DNA of 64,000 nt from Escherichia coli (GCF_030013205.1 NZ_CP122648.1); one strand, 5' to 3'. Positions 44,250-54,346 are shown, counted from the first letter of the stretch. Translations and numbers: made by a program. The notes: generated by a model not told the origin, from the letters alone.

Positions 44250-44793
44250 ATTGATAACAGAGGGCGTTGCAGCGGGGTTGTCACTTAAGCGTATGGTCAA
44301 CCTGACAACCCGGTGTCCTCAACGGGGAAGGAATAACCTCGCCATACTTACCGCCGCGCCATTTCGCGGAGTGCCACAACCGGAAGCGCACGGTCGACGA
44401 AAATTTAACGACAGGCTATCTATGAACCAGCTACCTCGCCGTGCGCTTTCGCGTTATGGTCTGACTTTTCAGGGAAATATCCTTTCAGTAAACTGTCAGT
44501 GCCGGATGTTCACCCGTGTCCGGCGCACGCACTCCACCTCACCCGTGGAGAACTCCTTAATTACCAACCCTCAGGAGGGTGAATGTTAAAATCAACTCTT
44601 ATTGCTAAATGCCTTTATCAAAATCGCATGGTAAGCAGCATTTCAATAGGCGAGTCTGCAGTTAAAAGTATTTTCGAAGAGTACTTCCCCGGGCATGATT
44701 TTAATAAATGGAATACCAAATTACCGCCAGCAGTTTCAACGCGTATTCTGAAATCAACTGAAAGAGCAAGTACAATTCGCGTTAACTATTTCA

Positions 44794-45201
44794 TTAAAGA
44801 TTTGTGGGATCTTTGATATCCACAGAGCCTAAAGTATGTGCATATGGATGTGCTATTGTGCGCCCTCGCAGATTTGCATCATTTTCTAAATTCACTGAAC
44901 GAAACAGGGCATCAACAAGGCTCTGTACAATGCAAAGGCAATCGAAGACTGTCGCTGTTTCTGTTTTGATTGATGAAAGAACATGGCCATTCACGCAAAC
45001 AGAAATTACCCGTTCATTAACATCGCTTTCCTGCTTTTGATTATCAGAACCATATAGCCCAGAAAAAGCATTGCGCACATTACGAACCATATTATCGATG
45101 GTTTCTTTTTTGGTGTATGCCGGGTCAATTTTCACCAGACTATCACCGAGAGTCGTTGCAGCAATTGTCTGGATTTCTTTTGGTAAATCTTTAAATTCCA
45201 T
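44794..45201 (-). CDS. hypothetical prophage protein (dic operon region)
   Basis: 135 aa ORF co-oriented with the dic operon; no family assignable. Confidence 0.4.
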   Translation of the reverse strand: MEFKDLPKEIQTIAATTLGDSLVKIDPAYTKKETIDNMVRNVRNAFSGLYGSDNQKQESDVNERVISVCVNGHVLSSIKTETATVFDCLCIVQSLVDALFRSVNLENDANLRGRTIAHPYAHTLGSVDIKDPTNL

Positions 45202-45223
45202 TATTAGCCTCGTTGGTTAGCTA

Positions 45224-45442
45224 TTAACGTGGGTATGTAATCATTCTGGCAATGCTTAATGCCGCTGCTTTTTCCAGATTGGTGATATCCTGCTCCAGAG
45301 CGGACAGATTTTCAGCCTGCTTAGCCCTGGCTTCATTGGCCCATTTCAGATCCTGCACTGCATTAATTTTCTGGCGCATCCACTTATAAAGTTCATCATC
45401 GGTATAGTCTGGCGCGATGATGACGGGTTCTCGTTTCTGCAT
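45224..45442 (-). CDS. hypothetical prophage protein (YdfB/YdfC-like position)
   Basis: 72 aa ORF in the dic operon. Confidence 0.4.
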   Translation of the reverse strand: MQKREPVIIAPDYTDDELYKWMRQKINAVQDLKWANEARAKQAENLSALEQDITNLEKAAALSIARMITYPR

Positions 45443-45601
45443 ACTGATTCCTCGCGGTGCTGTTTCGCTTATCAGCCGTTAGATTTTGCCGAACTGGAAA
45501 GCGCCTGTTTAAACTCACTGAAGCTGAGAGCTTCTTCGCCTTCGGCAAGTCCTTCGAAGTATTCTTCGTAAGCCTTTTCCATGATTGTGTCGAAATCCAT
45601 A

Positions 45602-45838
45602 TTACTCACCTGAGTTTCTTTCCAGCCAGCGACGCGCGCCAGATTCGGTTTTAAACGTTTTGCTTTTGGTATACGTCATCGCGGTGAACGTGCCGTCCTG
45701 GTTGGGAAACACGCCGTATACCAGAGATTCGTTGTTGCCAAGATCGATAGTATCCATGCTGACCTCATTTCCCCTTAACGCCGGGGTAGCGGAACAAAAA
45801 CCTGCTGCATAGTTATTAAAGTTGAACCCTGCCGTCAT
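45602..45838 (-). CDS. hypothetical prophage protein
   Basis: 78 aa ORF; a further ~47-codon ORF (MDFDTIMEKAYEEYFEGLAEGEE..., ~45460-45600, minus) lies just downstream. Confidence 0.4.
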   Translation of the reverse strand: MTAGFNFNNYAAGFCSATPALRGNEVSMDTIDLGNNESLVYGVFPNQDGTFTAMTYTKSKTFKTESGARRWLERNSGE

Positions 45839-46021
45839 GTTCTTACGCCTCGGGCTGGCTACTTAACCCCTGACCACTGCCTGGTAACTCGAAGTATTGC
45901 CCTGCATTCTGTGGGGCGGGGTGGGTTGGTATGAAAAGAAGGATACCCATAGGTATTTAAAAGTAAATACCCATGGGTAACTTTTTGCGGTGTCTTAACT
46001 GGTGACTAGTTGTTTGGTGAG

Positions 46022-46441
46022 CTATGATGCGTTTTGTGCTTTCTTTTTACGGATTTCTTCGTAGATCATATTGTAATACTGTTTTTTCTCTTCAAGAGTT
46101 TTTAATAAGTTATCCGCTTCACTTTCTGGCAGTTCGTCTAAGAGATCTAAAAAAATACGTTGTCGTGGCGTTAGAACCCTTGTTTCATAACTGGAGGCTG
46201 TGTTCGTTGATGATGAAACGATACCATCCATCCATCCCCGGGGTAACCCAAAGGACTCTTCGATAATCTCCACCATATCATCAGCGATCCGTTTTTTTCC
46301 CTTTTTCCCCTCTGGGTACAACATTCTTGATACATAAGAAGGCTCGCGCCCGATCTTTCTGGCCACGTTAACCGCTTTACCATCGCATTTCTCATCACGA
46401 ATTTTGATGAGTTGCTGTCGTCTAAATTCATATTTGTCCAT
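46022..46441 (-). CDS. prophage repressor (HTH; DicA/CI-like role)
   Basis: 139 aa with HTH AVNVARKIGREPSYVSRML; transcribed divergently from the cro-like gene. Confidence 0.6.
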   Translation of the reverse strand: MDKYEFRRQQLIKIRDEKCDGKAVNVARKIGREPSYVSRMLYPEGKKGKKRIADDMVEIIEESFGLPRGWMDGIVSSSTNTASSYETRVLTPRQRIFLDLLDELPESEADNLLKTLEEKKQYYNMIYEEIRKKKAQNAS

Positions 46442-46541
46442 AGGTAAATAATAGATGCGATTACCGCAAGGTAAACAACCTGTGGGTATTGACTTTTGTT
46501 TACCTGTGGGTATTCTTTACTGTGTTTACTAAGGAGTAGCT

Positions 46542-46823
46542 ATGGAAGAATTAAGAATATTTCTCAATTCTCTTTCGTCAGATGAACAGCGTATGTTTGC
46601 ATGCGAGTGTGGTACCAGCATCGGTTATCTAAGAAAGGCATTGAGTAAAGGTCAAGTGTTAGGGGCATCGTTATGCGTCCTTATTGAGCGAGCCAGTAAT
46701 GGTGAAGTTACACGTCAGCAACTAAGGCCTTTTGATTGGATGAATATTTGGCCCGAGCTGGAAGATACCAAAACGTTAACACAACCACTTTCTAGGAGCT
46801 TGATTCATGAAAATCAAGCATGA
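46542..46823 (+). CDS. Cro/DicC-like small regulator
   Basis: 93 aa ORF facing the repressor across a ~100 bp operator-like spacer. Confidence 0.5.
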   Translation: MEELRIFLNSLSSDEQRMFACECGTSIGYLRKALSKGQVLGASLCVLIERASNGEVTRQQLRPFDWMNIWPELEDTKTLTQPLSRSLIHENQA

Positions 46824-47232
46824 ACACATCCGCATGGCGATGAATGCCTGGGCGCATCCGGACGGTGAAAAAGTTCCGGCAGCTGAAATAACCAGGGCTT
46901 ATTTTGAACTGGGTATGACGTTCCCAGAACTGTATGACGACAGCCATCCGGAAGCCCTGGCTCGCAATACCCAGAAAATTTTCCGCTGGGTAGAGAAAGA
47001 CACCCCTGATGCAGTTGAAAAAATTCAGGCGTTGTTACCAGCGATCGAAAAGGCAATGCCACCTTTGCTGGTGGCCAGAATGCGCAGCCACAGTTCAGCT
47101 TATTTTCGGGAGCTGGTGGAGACGCGGGAGCGACTGGTGAGAGACGCTGATGATTTTGTCGCAGTGGCAATCGCCGGTTTCAATCAGATGAACCGTGGTG
47201 GCCCGGCAGGAAATGCTGTGGCAGTACATTGA
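46807..47232 (+). CDS. YdaT-like prophage protein
   Basis: 141 aa starting MKIKHEHI and ending ...VH, like Rac YdaT. Confidence 0.5.
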   Translation: MKIKHEHIRMAMNAWAHPDGEKVPAAEITRAYFELGMTFPELYDDSHPEALARNTQKIFRWVEKDTPDAVEKIQALLPAIEKAMPPLLVARMRSHSSAYFRELVETRERLVRDADDFVAVAIAGFNQMNRGGPAGNAVAVH

Positions 47233-47297
47233 CTGACAATAGCCATATCGAATCGCTTCCGGCAACTCGTGAGTAAAAAGATTCGGTATCAGAAGAG

Positions 47298-48374
47298 GTG
47301 AGTATGGCTAACGCCTGGCTCAGATTATGGCATGACATGCCAAATGACCCTAAGTGGCGAACAATTGCCAGGGTGTCAGGGCAGCCAATTGCAACAGTGA
47401 TGGCAGTGTATATCCACCTCCTGGTGAGCGCGTCACGAAATGTCACGCGAGGTCACATTGATGTCACGACAGAAGATTTGGCAAGTGCGCTCGACGTGAC
47501 AGAAGAGGTAATTGATTCAATTTTGCAGACGATGCAGGGGCGGGTACTTGATGGTGATTTAATCACTGGATGGGAAAAACGCCAGGTGCTTAAAGAGGAC
47601 AACGGCAATATTTCGCAAACCGCAAAATCTCCTGCAGAGCGCAAGAGGGCGCAGCGAGAGAGGGAAAGAAAGCGGGAACAAAATGGCGATTGTCACGGCG
47701 CGTCACGAAATGTCACGCACATGTCACGACGAGTCACGACAGATAAAGATACAGATAAAGATACAGATCAAGAAGATCAAAACACTATGGTCCATGGCGT
47801 AAAAAACGCCACGAACCGGGCAGGGGATGTTCAGACCGTCAATCTTGGTCAGCCAGCAGGCACGACACCGGAAGCCGATTCAGCGTATGCGCTGAAAGCC
47901 GATTCGGGCGCTGTGCAGCAGGTGATGACCGCAAGGCTGGAGCAATCACACCAACTGCAGCAGCCCGAAGCCGATTCCGCCATTCAGCGGGAAGCCGATC
48001 GGGTAGTCCCGGAAAACACCGGGCAGTCTGTGGGACGAGTGGATTATCCGGATGTGTTCGAACAGGTCTGGCGGGAGTACCCGTTGCGTGCCGGAGCAAA
48101 CCCGAAGAAATCCGCTTTCAGTGCCTGGAAGGCCAGATTACGCGAGGGGGTGCCACCAGAGGCCATGCTGGATGGCGTGAGGCGTTACGCAAGATACTTG
48201 GCGGCTACCGGGAAAACGGGAACGGAATTTGTTCAGCGAGCGACGACGTTTTTTGGACCGGACCGGAATTTTGAGAACCCCTGGTTGCTCCCGGTAAGCG
48301 GCACGAACAACCAGCGTTGTGTGAATCATATTTCTGAACCGGATAACGAAATTCCGCCGGGCTTCAGGGGGTAA
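47298..48374 (+). CDS. phage replication initiator-like protein with internal iteron clusters
   Basis: 358 aa; two clusters of GTCACG-type repeats inside the gene (~47425-47475, ~47690-47745), as in lambda O/ori. Confidence 0.5.
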   Translation: MSMANAWLRLWHDMPNDPKWRTIARVSGQPIATVMAVYIHLLVSASRNVTRGHIDVTTEDLASALDVTEEVIDSILQTMQGRVLDGDLITGWEKRQVLKEDNGNISQTAKSPAERKRAQRERERKREQNGDCHGASRNVTHMSRRVTTDKDTDKDTDQEDQNTMVHGVKNATNRAGDVQTVNLGQPAGTTPEADSAYALKADSGAVQQVMTARLEQSHQLQQPEADSAIQREADRVVPENTGQSVGRVDYPDVFEQVWREYPLRAGANPKKSAFSAWKARLREGVPPEAMLDGVRRYARYLAATGKTGTEFVQRATTFFGPDRNFENPWLLPVSGTNNQRCVNHISEPDNEIPPGFRG

Positions 48375-48414
48375 GTGTTAATTTCTGGTCATGAGGTAAT
48401 TTTCAGGAGGGCTT

Positions 48415-48837
48415 GTGGCAAAAGTTTTTACACAAGAAGAGCGGGAAAAAATTAAAGGACAGGTTGTTGAACTCGTACGCCAGAGTGGGCGTGAGACGTT
48501 ACGGCAACTGGAAGTCAAGACAGGTGCGACAAGATATCTGATGAGCGTTCTCGCAAGAGAGCTGGTTGCCAGCGGCGATGTATACAACTCTGGTTACGGG
48601 TTATTCCCGTCTGAACAGGCGCGTAAGGACTGGCAAAATGCCCGTAAAAAGCTCTCAAGGGCAAAGCTGAAGAAACCATCTGCGGTTGATCCGGACCTTA
48701 TCTGGTCATTACCTGACGGAGAAATACGTCGCTACGACAGGCGTCAGAACATAATCTGTCGCGAGTGCCGGAAGAGTGAAGTTATGCAGCGCATATTGTC
48801 GTTTTATCAGGGTGATGTTCGGTATTTATTGAAGTGA
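48415..48837 (+). CDS. hypothetical prophage protein
   Basis: 140 aa ORF following the replication gene. Confidence 0.4.
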   Translation: MAKVFTQEEREKIKGQVVELVRQSGRETLRQLEVKTGATRYLMSVLARELVASGDVYNSGYGLFPSEQARKDWQNARKKLSRAKLKKPSAVDPDLIWSLPDGEIRRYDRRQNIICRECRKSEVMQRILSFYQGDVRYLLK

Positions 48838-48983
48838 CGAGATTAAAGTGCATTAGTTCAGATGCAAATTGACATTTTGTGGCACAGGGTAGAGCTAGCG
48901 TGGTTGTCCGCTTTGTGCCAACAGCGGACATTATAGATGGTATATGTAGAAAGTGAACATGCGTAGATTGTATGATTTAGCCG

Positions 48984-49793
48984 TCACTTAATTATTGGAT
49001 AACTCACACAAGTATGACCGTTGCTTATCGCATACATTTGGTTTCCCTTAAGATTTACAAATGGAAATGTCGTATACTCATAATTTATAGAGGTCATATT
49101 AAATGTAAGGAATTTATCTTCAAGTTCTAATTTTGTAGAGTGGGCAGGGTATGTTCCTTCATTTTTCATTGTGATAATAAAACCGATAGGAAAAAAATGT
49201 AAAGCACAAATAAATGCCACATGTCCTTCGTTCATAAATGCTACACTTTGAGCGGATATGTGCATTCTGTGTGGGTAAAACCAGTAGTAAATATCATGAG
49301 TTTCCTCAAAACTTGAATTTTTACCCAAAACATAATCCTTTAAAGGTGTATAGAAGGGGCTATCTACGGGTTCTTTTTTACAATCTTCAACTGAAGTTGC
49401 TGATAGCACGTGCCCAATCATAGCCTTAGTGAAAGATATGCTATCAAAAGGTATTCTAATGAATGGATATACATTCATACCATTCATATATCGACTTAAC
49501 TGTTCTTTAAAGGACTTTGTTACATTTTCAATTGCAACATCGAGCCCACCTAATACCTTATTGTTACAGTGGCTGCAAATGGTTCTGAAATAAGAGCCAT
49601 TTTTAGCATTTAATGGTTTAACTGGTTCCTGAATACCAAAAAATTCGCTAACTGTTTTCTGCAAAACAGGGCCTAAGGTTATGGCGCACTTTGGAGGAAC
49701 ATGATCTTTTGTGAGCAAGCCATATTTCCCACAAATATTGCAATAACCTTCAGTAATGCCATTGTGCTTCCATCGTTCACTAATTTTCGTCAT
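48984..49793 (-). CDS. HNH-nuclease-domain protein with unknown C-terminal domain; candidate defense/abortive-infection cargo
   Basis: 269 aa; N-terminal HNH signature C18-x2-C21...D30-H31...N62/N65...C73-x2-C76-N-N-K; visibly AT-rich and opposite in orientation to the flanking prophage genes. Confidence 0.6.
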   Translation of the reverse strand: MTKISERWKHNGITEGYCNICGKYGLLTKDHVPPKCAITLGPVLQKTVSEFFGIQEPVKPLNAKNGSYFRTICSHCNNKVLGGLDVAIENVTKSFKEQLSRYMNGMNVYPFIRIPFDSISFTKAMIGHVLSATSVEDCKKEPVDSPFYTPLKDYVLGKNSSFEETHDIYYWFYPHRMHISAQSVAFMNEGHVAFICALHFFPIGFIITMKNEGTYPAHSTKLELEDKFLTFNMTSINYEYTTFPFVNLKGNQMYAISNGHTCVSYPIIK

Positions 49794-50116
49794 TTTTATT
49801 CCCTCAGTAGCATAAGCTATCTATACGTTTTTTAATCCTATCAAAGATACAACTTAACGTCAGGAAAATGATAGTGTTTATCTAAGTAATACAATTAACT
49901 TCAACGCGTGACAGTCTGCTTTTCGCTAAAAGCGGACTAGAAGGTTAGCTTGCGTCGGACTTGGCGTATTTAAAGAAGTGCTGGTGGTGACTGGTTGTTG
50001 TGTTCCATTTCTACAGAACAAAATCACAGAAACTATACCCAATAGTTGTATTGAATCACTGACGAGACAGCCTCATATTTATCAGGACTGGTGTACGTCC
50101 AATACAGGAGGTTGTG

Positions 50117-50206
50117 GTGCTGGTTCTCAAATGTGCGCTGGCTATTGCTGCTGTAATGGCAATTTATTGCCTTGCTGTTGTTCTTATGGATCGCCTTTCT
50201 GATTGA
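50117..50206 (+). CDS. candidate small hydrophobic peptide (29 aa), type I toxin-like
   Basis: AGGAGG 5 nt upstream of GTG; MLVLKCALAIAAVMAIYCLAVVLMDRLSD; below the ORF-track length cutoff, read by hand. Confidence 0.3.
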   Translation: MLVLKCALAIAAVMAIYCLAVVLMDRLSD

Positions 50207-50254
50207 TTTTATATTGGCGAGGTGACGTGAGTTAAGTAGAATTGCTGCGGGTGC

Positions 50255-50683
50255 TTGAGGCTATCTTCCTCTGATGTGTCAGGCATCCTCAACGCACCCG
50301 CACTTAACCCGCTTCGGCGGGTTTTGTTTTTTCCTGGCATTCTGGTTTACAATTCGCACGCCAGCCTGAACAACTGGCACCTGCTGCGCCAGCAGAGACA
50401 ACCGATGGCGCACGATACCAAATTACACAATTCTGATAATTCAGCCGTCTTTGCCAGCAGGCACGGGCGGCGCTCTCACGCATTTAAATCTGATTGGTAC
50501 CAGCATCCCCCATGTACTGAAGAACAAGCTGAATGGCTAATTCAGTGCTGCCGCAGACACGGATACGAGATTAAGAAAGCCCTCAGCCTCGATTATCGTC
50601 ACTGGATAATCTCCGTCAGGCTTCCTTACTCCGAACGCCCACCGCGTCCGTCCCGCACATTCCAGCAACGGATCTGGAGGTAA
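50255..50683 (+). CDS. hypothetical nin-region protein (possibly YbcN-like)
   Basis: 142 aa ORF upstream of the DUF968-like gene; start may be the internal Met (MAHDTKLHNSDN...). Confidence 0.4.
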   Translation: MRLSSSDVSGILNAPALNPLRRVLFFPGILVYNSHASLNNWHLLRQQRQPMAHDTKLHNSDNSAVFASRHGRRSHAFKSDWYQHPPCTEEQAEWLIQCCRRHGYEIKKALSLDYRHWIISVRLPYSERPPRPSRTFQQRIWR

Positions 50684-50684
50684 C

Positions 50685-51740
50685 GTGCGGGTATTACTTC
50701 GACCTGTTCCGGTACCGGAACTTGGGCTGGTGGTGCTAAAGCCGGGCCGTGAATCCATGCAGGTATTTCATAACCCTCGAGTGCTGGTGGAGCCGGAACC
50801 GAAAAGCATGCGCGGTCTGCCATCCGGGATTGTTCCTGCCGTTCGCCAGCCACTGATGGAAGATAAATCATTACTGCCATTTTTCAGCGACGAACGGGTG
50901 ATTCGTGCTGCTGGCGGCGCAGGCGCATTGTCTGACTGGCTCCTGCGTCATATTAAATCCTGCCAGTGGCCTCATGGTGACTACCATCACAGTGAAACCG
51001 TCATACATCGTTACGGTACTGGCGCGATGGTATTGTGCTGGCACTGTGACAACCAGCTGCGCGACCAGACATCAGAGTCACTCGGGCAACTTGCTCAACA
51101 AAACCTGTCAGCATGGATGATTGACGTCATCCGTCACGCAATGAATGGCACACAGGAGCGGGAATTATCGCTGGCTGAATTATCCTGGTGGGCGGTCCGC
51201 AATCAGGTGGCGGACGCGCTACCGGAAGCGGTATTACGTCGTTCGCTGGGGTTGCGTGCGGAAAAAATCCGCCCAATGTACCGTGAAAGCGACATCGTGC
51301 CGGGAGAGCAGACCGCCACCAGCATACTGAAGCAGCGCACAAAAAATCTTGCGCCGCTGCCTCACGCCCACCAGCAAAACCCGCCACAGGAAAAGACGGT
51401 GGTCAGCATTGCCGTTGATCCGGAGTCACCGGCTCAGTATCTCCAGCGCCAGAAACCACAACGGGAAGAGATGCCTGTATACACGCGTTGGGTAAAAACG
51501 CAGAAATGCATGACGTGCGGTAATCAGGCAGATGATCCGCATCACATCATTGGTCATGGACTGGGAGGGATGGGAACAAAGGCTGATGATTTGTTTGTTA
51601 TTCCGCTGTGCCGTAAATGTCATAACGAACTGCACGCCGGGGTAAAAGATTTTGAAGAAAAACACGGCAGCCAGCTGTTGTTGCTGATTCGTTTTTTAAT
51701 GCACGCGAGAAATTCGGGTGTCCTGAAGTGGAAAGCATGA
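50685..51740 (+). CDS. nin-region protein with C-terminal HNH-like zinc motif (DUF968-like)
   Basis: 351 aa; C-terminal CMTCGNQADDPHHIIGHGLGG...PLCRKCHNELH. Confidence 0.55.
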   Translation: MRVLLRPVPVPELGLVVLKPGRESMQVFHNPRVLVEPEPKSMRGLPSGIVPAVRQPLMEDKSLLPFFSDERVIRAAGGAGALSDWLLRHIKSCQWPHGDYHHSETVIHRYGTGAMVLCWHCDNQLRDQTSESLGQLAQQNLSAWMIDVIRHAMNGTQERELSLAELSWWAVRNQVADALPEAVLRRSLGLRAEKIRPMYRESDIVPGEQTATSILKQRTKNLAPLPHAHQQNPPQEKTVVSIAVDPESPAQYLQRQKPQREEMPVYTRWVKTQKCMTCGNQADDPHHIIGHGLGGMGTKADDLFVIPLCRKCHNELHAGVKDFEEKHGSQLLLLIRFLMHARNSGVLKWKA

Positions 51741-52106
51741 ATGACTGAACGCATAGAATTTGTTTTGCCTTACCCGCCGACGGTGAATACCTACTGGCGA
51801 CGTCATGGCAATACGTATTTCATCTCGGAAGCCGGAAAGCGTTATCGCCGTGATGTGGCGCTAATTGTTCGCCAGCAGCGGCTGAAATTAAGCCTGTCCG
51901 GAAGGCTGGCGATAAAGATTATTGCAGAGCCACCGGATAAGCGCCGCCGCGACCTGGACAATATCCTGAAGGCACCACTGGATGCGCTGACGCATGCCGG
52001 ACTACTTATAGACGACGAGCAGTTTGATGAAATCAATATTGTGCGCGGTCAGCTCGTTCCTGGTGGGCGGCTGGGGATAAAAATCACAGAACTGGAGTGC
52101 GCATGA
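51741..52106 (+). CDS. rusA: Holliday junction resolvase RusA
   Basis: 121 aa with RusA motifs ...PDKRRRDLDNILKAPLDAL...; directly upstream of Q. Confidence 0.85.
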   Translation: MTERIEFVLPYPPTVNTYWRRHGNTYFISEAGKRYRRDVALIVRQQRLKLSLSGRLAIKIIAEPPDKRRRDLDNILKAPLDALTHAGLLIDDEQFDEINIVRGQLVPGGRLGIKITELECA

Positions 52107-52771
52107 ATAACCAGTATTTACAGTTTGTGCGTGAGCAGCTCATTATCGCCACCGCTGATTTGAGTGGGGCAACAAAAGGTCAGCTTGAAGCCTGGCAAGA
52201 GAATGCCATGTTCGATACAGGGCGTTACAGGCGAAAAAAAATCCGGTACCGCGATGAAGTGACTGGAAAAATGATAACGCGGGATAATCCACCAATCCCG
52301 GGAAAGCAATCGCTGGCGAAGGGGACGTCAATTCCTCTGGTCAGTCCGGTTGAGTTTTCGACATCATCGTGGCGGCGGGCTGTTCTGTCTCTTGAAGAAC
52401 ATCATAAAGCCTGGTTGTTGTGGTGTTACAGCGGGAGTATTTGTTGGGAATATCAGATCGCGATAACACAGTGGGCGTGGAATGAATTTAATACTCAATC
52501 CGGTACCAGAAAAATTGCAGGGAAAACGCAGGAACGCCTGAAAAAATTAATCTGGCTGGCGGCGCAGGCAGTAAAAGCAGAACTTTTTGGTGGGGAAGGT
52601 TATGAATACCAGGAGCTGGCATTACTGGCGGGAGTGACAACTAAAAACTGGTCCAAAACATTTACTGGTCACTGGGTTGCAATGAAACACACTTTTCATC
52701 GGCTGGATAGTGAGGCTTTATTGTTCGTGACGAGAACACGTTCAAAACAAAAGGCGGCGTTTTCACTGTAA
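52097..52771 (+). CDS. late-gene antiterminator Q-like protein
   Basis: 224 aa ORF after rusA and before a strong terminator, the standard Q position. Confidence 0.55.
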   Translation: MRMNNQYLQFVREQLIIATADLSGATKGQLEAWQENAMFDTGRYRRKKIRYRDEVTGKMITRDNPPIPGKQSLAKGTSIPLVSPVEFSTSSWRRAVLSLEEHHKAWLLWCYSGSICWEYQIAITQWAWNEFNTQSGTRKIAGKTQERLKKLIWLAAQAVKAELFGGEGYEYQELALLAGVTTKNWSKTFTGHWVAMKHTFHRLDSEALLFVTRTRSKQKAAFSL

Positions 52772-52854
52772 AGTATTGCAAAAGTAGATTAAAAGGCATA
52801 TATTTCGTGCATATTTGATATTTTGCTGATTTTGTACGCGATGGCAAAGAATAT

Positions 52855-52882
52855 AAAACCCGCCTCCGAGCGGGTTTTTTTA
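52855..52882 (+). terminator. tR'-like rho-independent terminator of the late leader
   Basis: aaaacccgcctccgagcgggttttttt. Confidence 0.6.
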
Positions 52883-53296
52883 TGCCCGAAAAGCGGTACA
52901 TTAAACACGCTGGTGGTTGCGAATACTGGTCTTTCAGCTTGCTGGCTTTTTCGACAAGAGTTATTGGTATGTCACGTTAACCAGAACAGGGAAAAGGCAT
53001 GCTAAAACAGTAGGACATGGCCGAAACCGCCAGAGTGGTATTTAATGAATTAAGCATCACCGAACCGGCGACAGTCGGGGTATTGCGCAGAATACTTACC
53101 TTTCACGCGAACGCTGCCAGTTAATACGGACCCGGCTTGTGATGGTGGGTATGGCAGGTTATCCTTTTTATTTGTGGTAAATGGGCGGCTTGTGGGTGTT
53201 AGCGGCACCAGCCAGTCATTTGCTTATGTGTTGATGAGAATTTACCTCTTTGGGATATAATTGAGCTAACCTTTTGCTAATTAGAGTAAAATTATA

Positions 53297-54010
53297 ATGG
53301 CTGTTGTCTGTTCAGTTATCATGGTTTGCTCCCCAATTAATATTTTTCTTGAAAAGGATACGTTGTCACTTAAGCCCGGCTCAGTTGTTTTGGCCACCAA
53401 ATGCATCAGGGAGCTTTTCCTTATGCATTATGGCAAAGTTAAAATTGTCGATATAAACCATTCTATAGTAAGTCAATATCTGGAAAGTCAGCATAAGCTG
53501 ACAAGAACTCCTCTGACTGACATTCCGCTTTACTTGTCGCAGGAACCCAACAATCCTGCGTTGGCTGTGGCTTTAATTACCAGCCAGAGACTTTCCGGAG
53601 AGACCACGGACATGTTTCTTATGATGGCCTGCCTGTCGTTGTTTGAATCAGATGAACGGATGTTATTATTTTTAAGTGGATGTTTATCCAGTATAAGTGC
53701 CAAAGTCAGAGCGATAATTCAAACAGATATATCAGCAAGCTGGACGCTTGGTGCGATTGCTCTACAGTTGCATATGAGTGAGAGCTTGTTAAAGAAAAAA
53801 CTCAAGGATGAAGGTCTCAGGTTCAGTAATTTGTTACTTGAGGAACGGATGCGGGTTGCTGTAAATATGTTATGCTCCCGGCATGGATATGGACAGGCTG
53901 TAGCAGAAAAATGCGGTTATTCAAGTAGATCCTACTTTATCTCTGTATTTCACCGCTATTATGGCTTCCCGCCAGACAGATATGTATCTATGCAAGGGCT
54001 TGATTTTTGA
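53297..54010 (+). CDS. AraC-family transcriptional regulator (prophage moron)
   Basis: 237 aa, AT-rich, C-terminal AraC HTH (...GYSSRSYFISVFHRYYGFPPDRY); sits between Q and the lysis genes. Confidence 0.7.
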   Translation: MAVVCSVIMVCSPINIFLEKDTLSLKPGSVVLATKCIRELFLMHYGKVKIVDINHSIVSQYLESQHKLTRTPLTDIPLYLSQEPNNPALAVALITSQRLSGETTDMFLMMACLSLFESDERMLLFLSGCLSSISAKVRAIIQTDISASWTLGAIALQLHMSESLLKKKLKDEGLRFSNLLLEERMRVAVNMLCSRHGYGQAVAEKCGYSSRSYFISVFHRYYGFPPDRYVSMQGLDF

Positions 54011-54036
54011 TTTAATCTGATTATTATTTTCGGCCC

Positions 54037-54112
54037 GGCCCTTTAGCTCAGTGGTGAGAGCGAGCGACTCATAATCGCCAGGTCGCTGGTTCGAATCCAG
54101 CAAGGGCCACCA
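54037..54112 (+). tRNA. tRNA with CAU anticodon (ileX/ileZ-like Ile2 or Met)
   Basis: ggccctttagctcagtggtgagagcgagcgactCATaatcgccaggtcgctggttcgaatccagcaagggccacca. Confidence 0.7.
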
Positions 54113-54113
54113 A

Positions 54114-54190
54114 CCGCCACCAGTTCACCAAGAAAGAGTGTTAACCCTTTAAGTTGAGTGTGCGAGGTTCGAGTCCTCGGTGGCGGTCCA
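54114..54190 (+). tRNA. atypical tRNA-like gene (possible UUU anticodon; D-arm lacks GG)
   Basis: Acceptor ccgccac/gtggcgg, T-arm cgagg-ttcgagt-cctcg, 3' CCA; anticodon loop cctttaa has C at position 33. Confidence 0.4.
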
Positions 54191-54192
54191 GT

Positions 54193-54268
<76 letters not shown>

Positions 54269-54271
54269 TAT

Positions 54272-54346
<75 letters not shown>

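Noticed and set aside
49978-50202. Cys-rich 74 aa ORF
   Set aside because: Cysteine richness arises from TGC/TGT-rich DNA in this frame and there is no ribosome-binding site; the alternative frame has a strong one (reported as a low-confidence small peptide).
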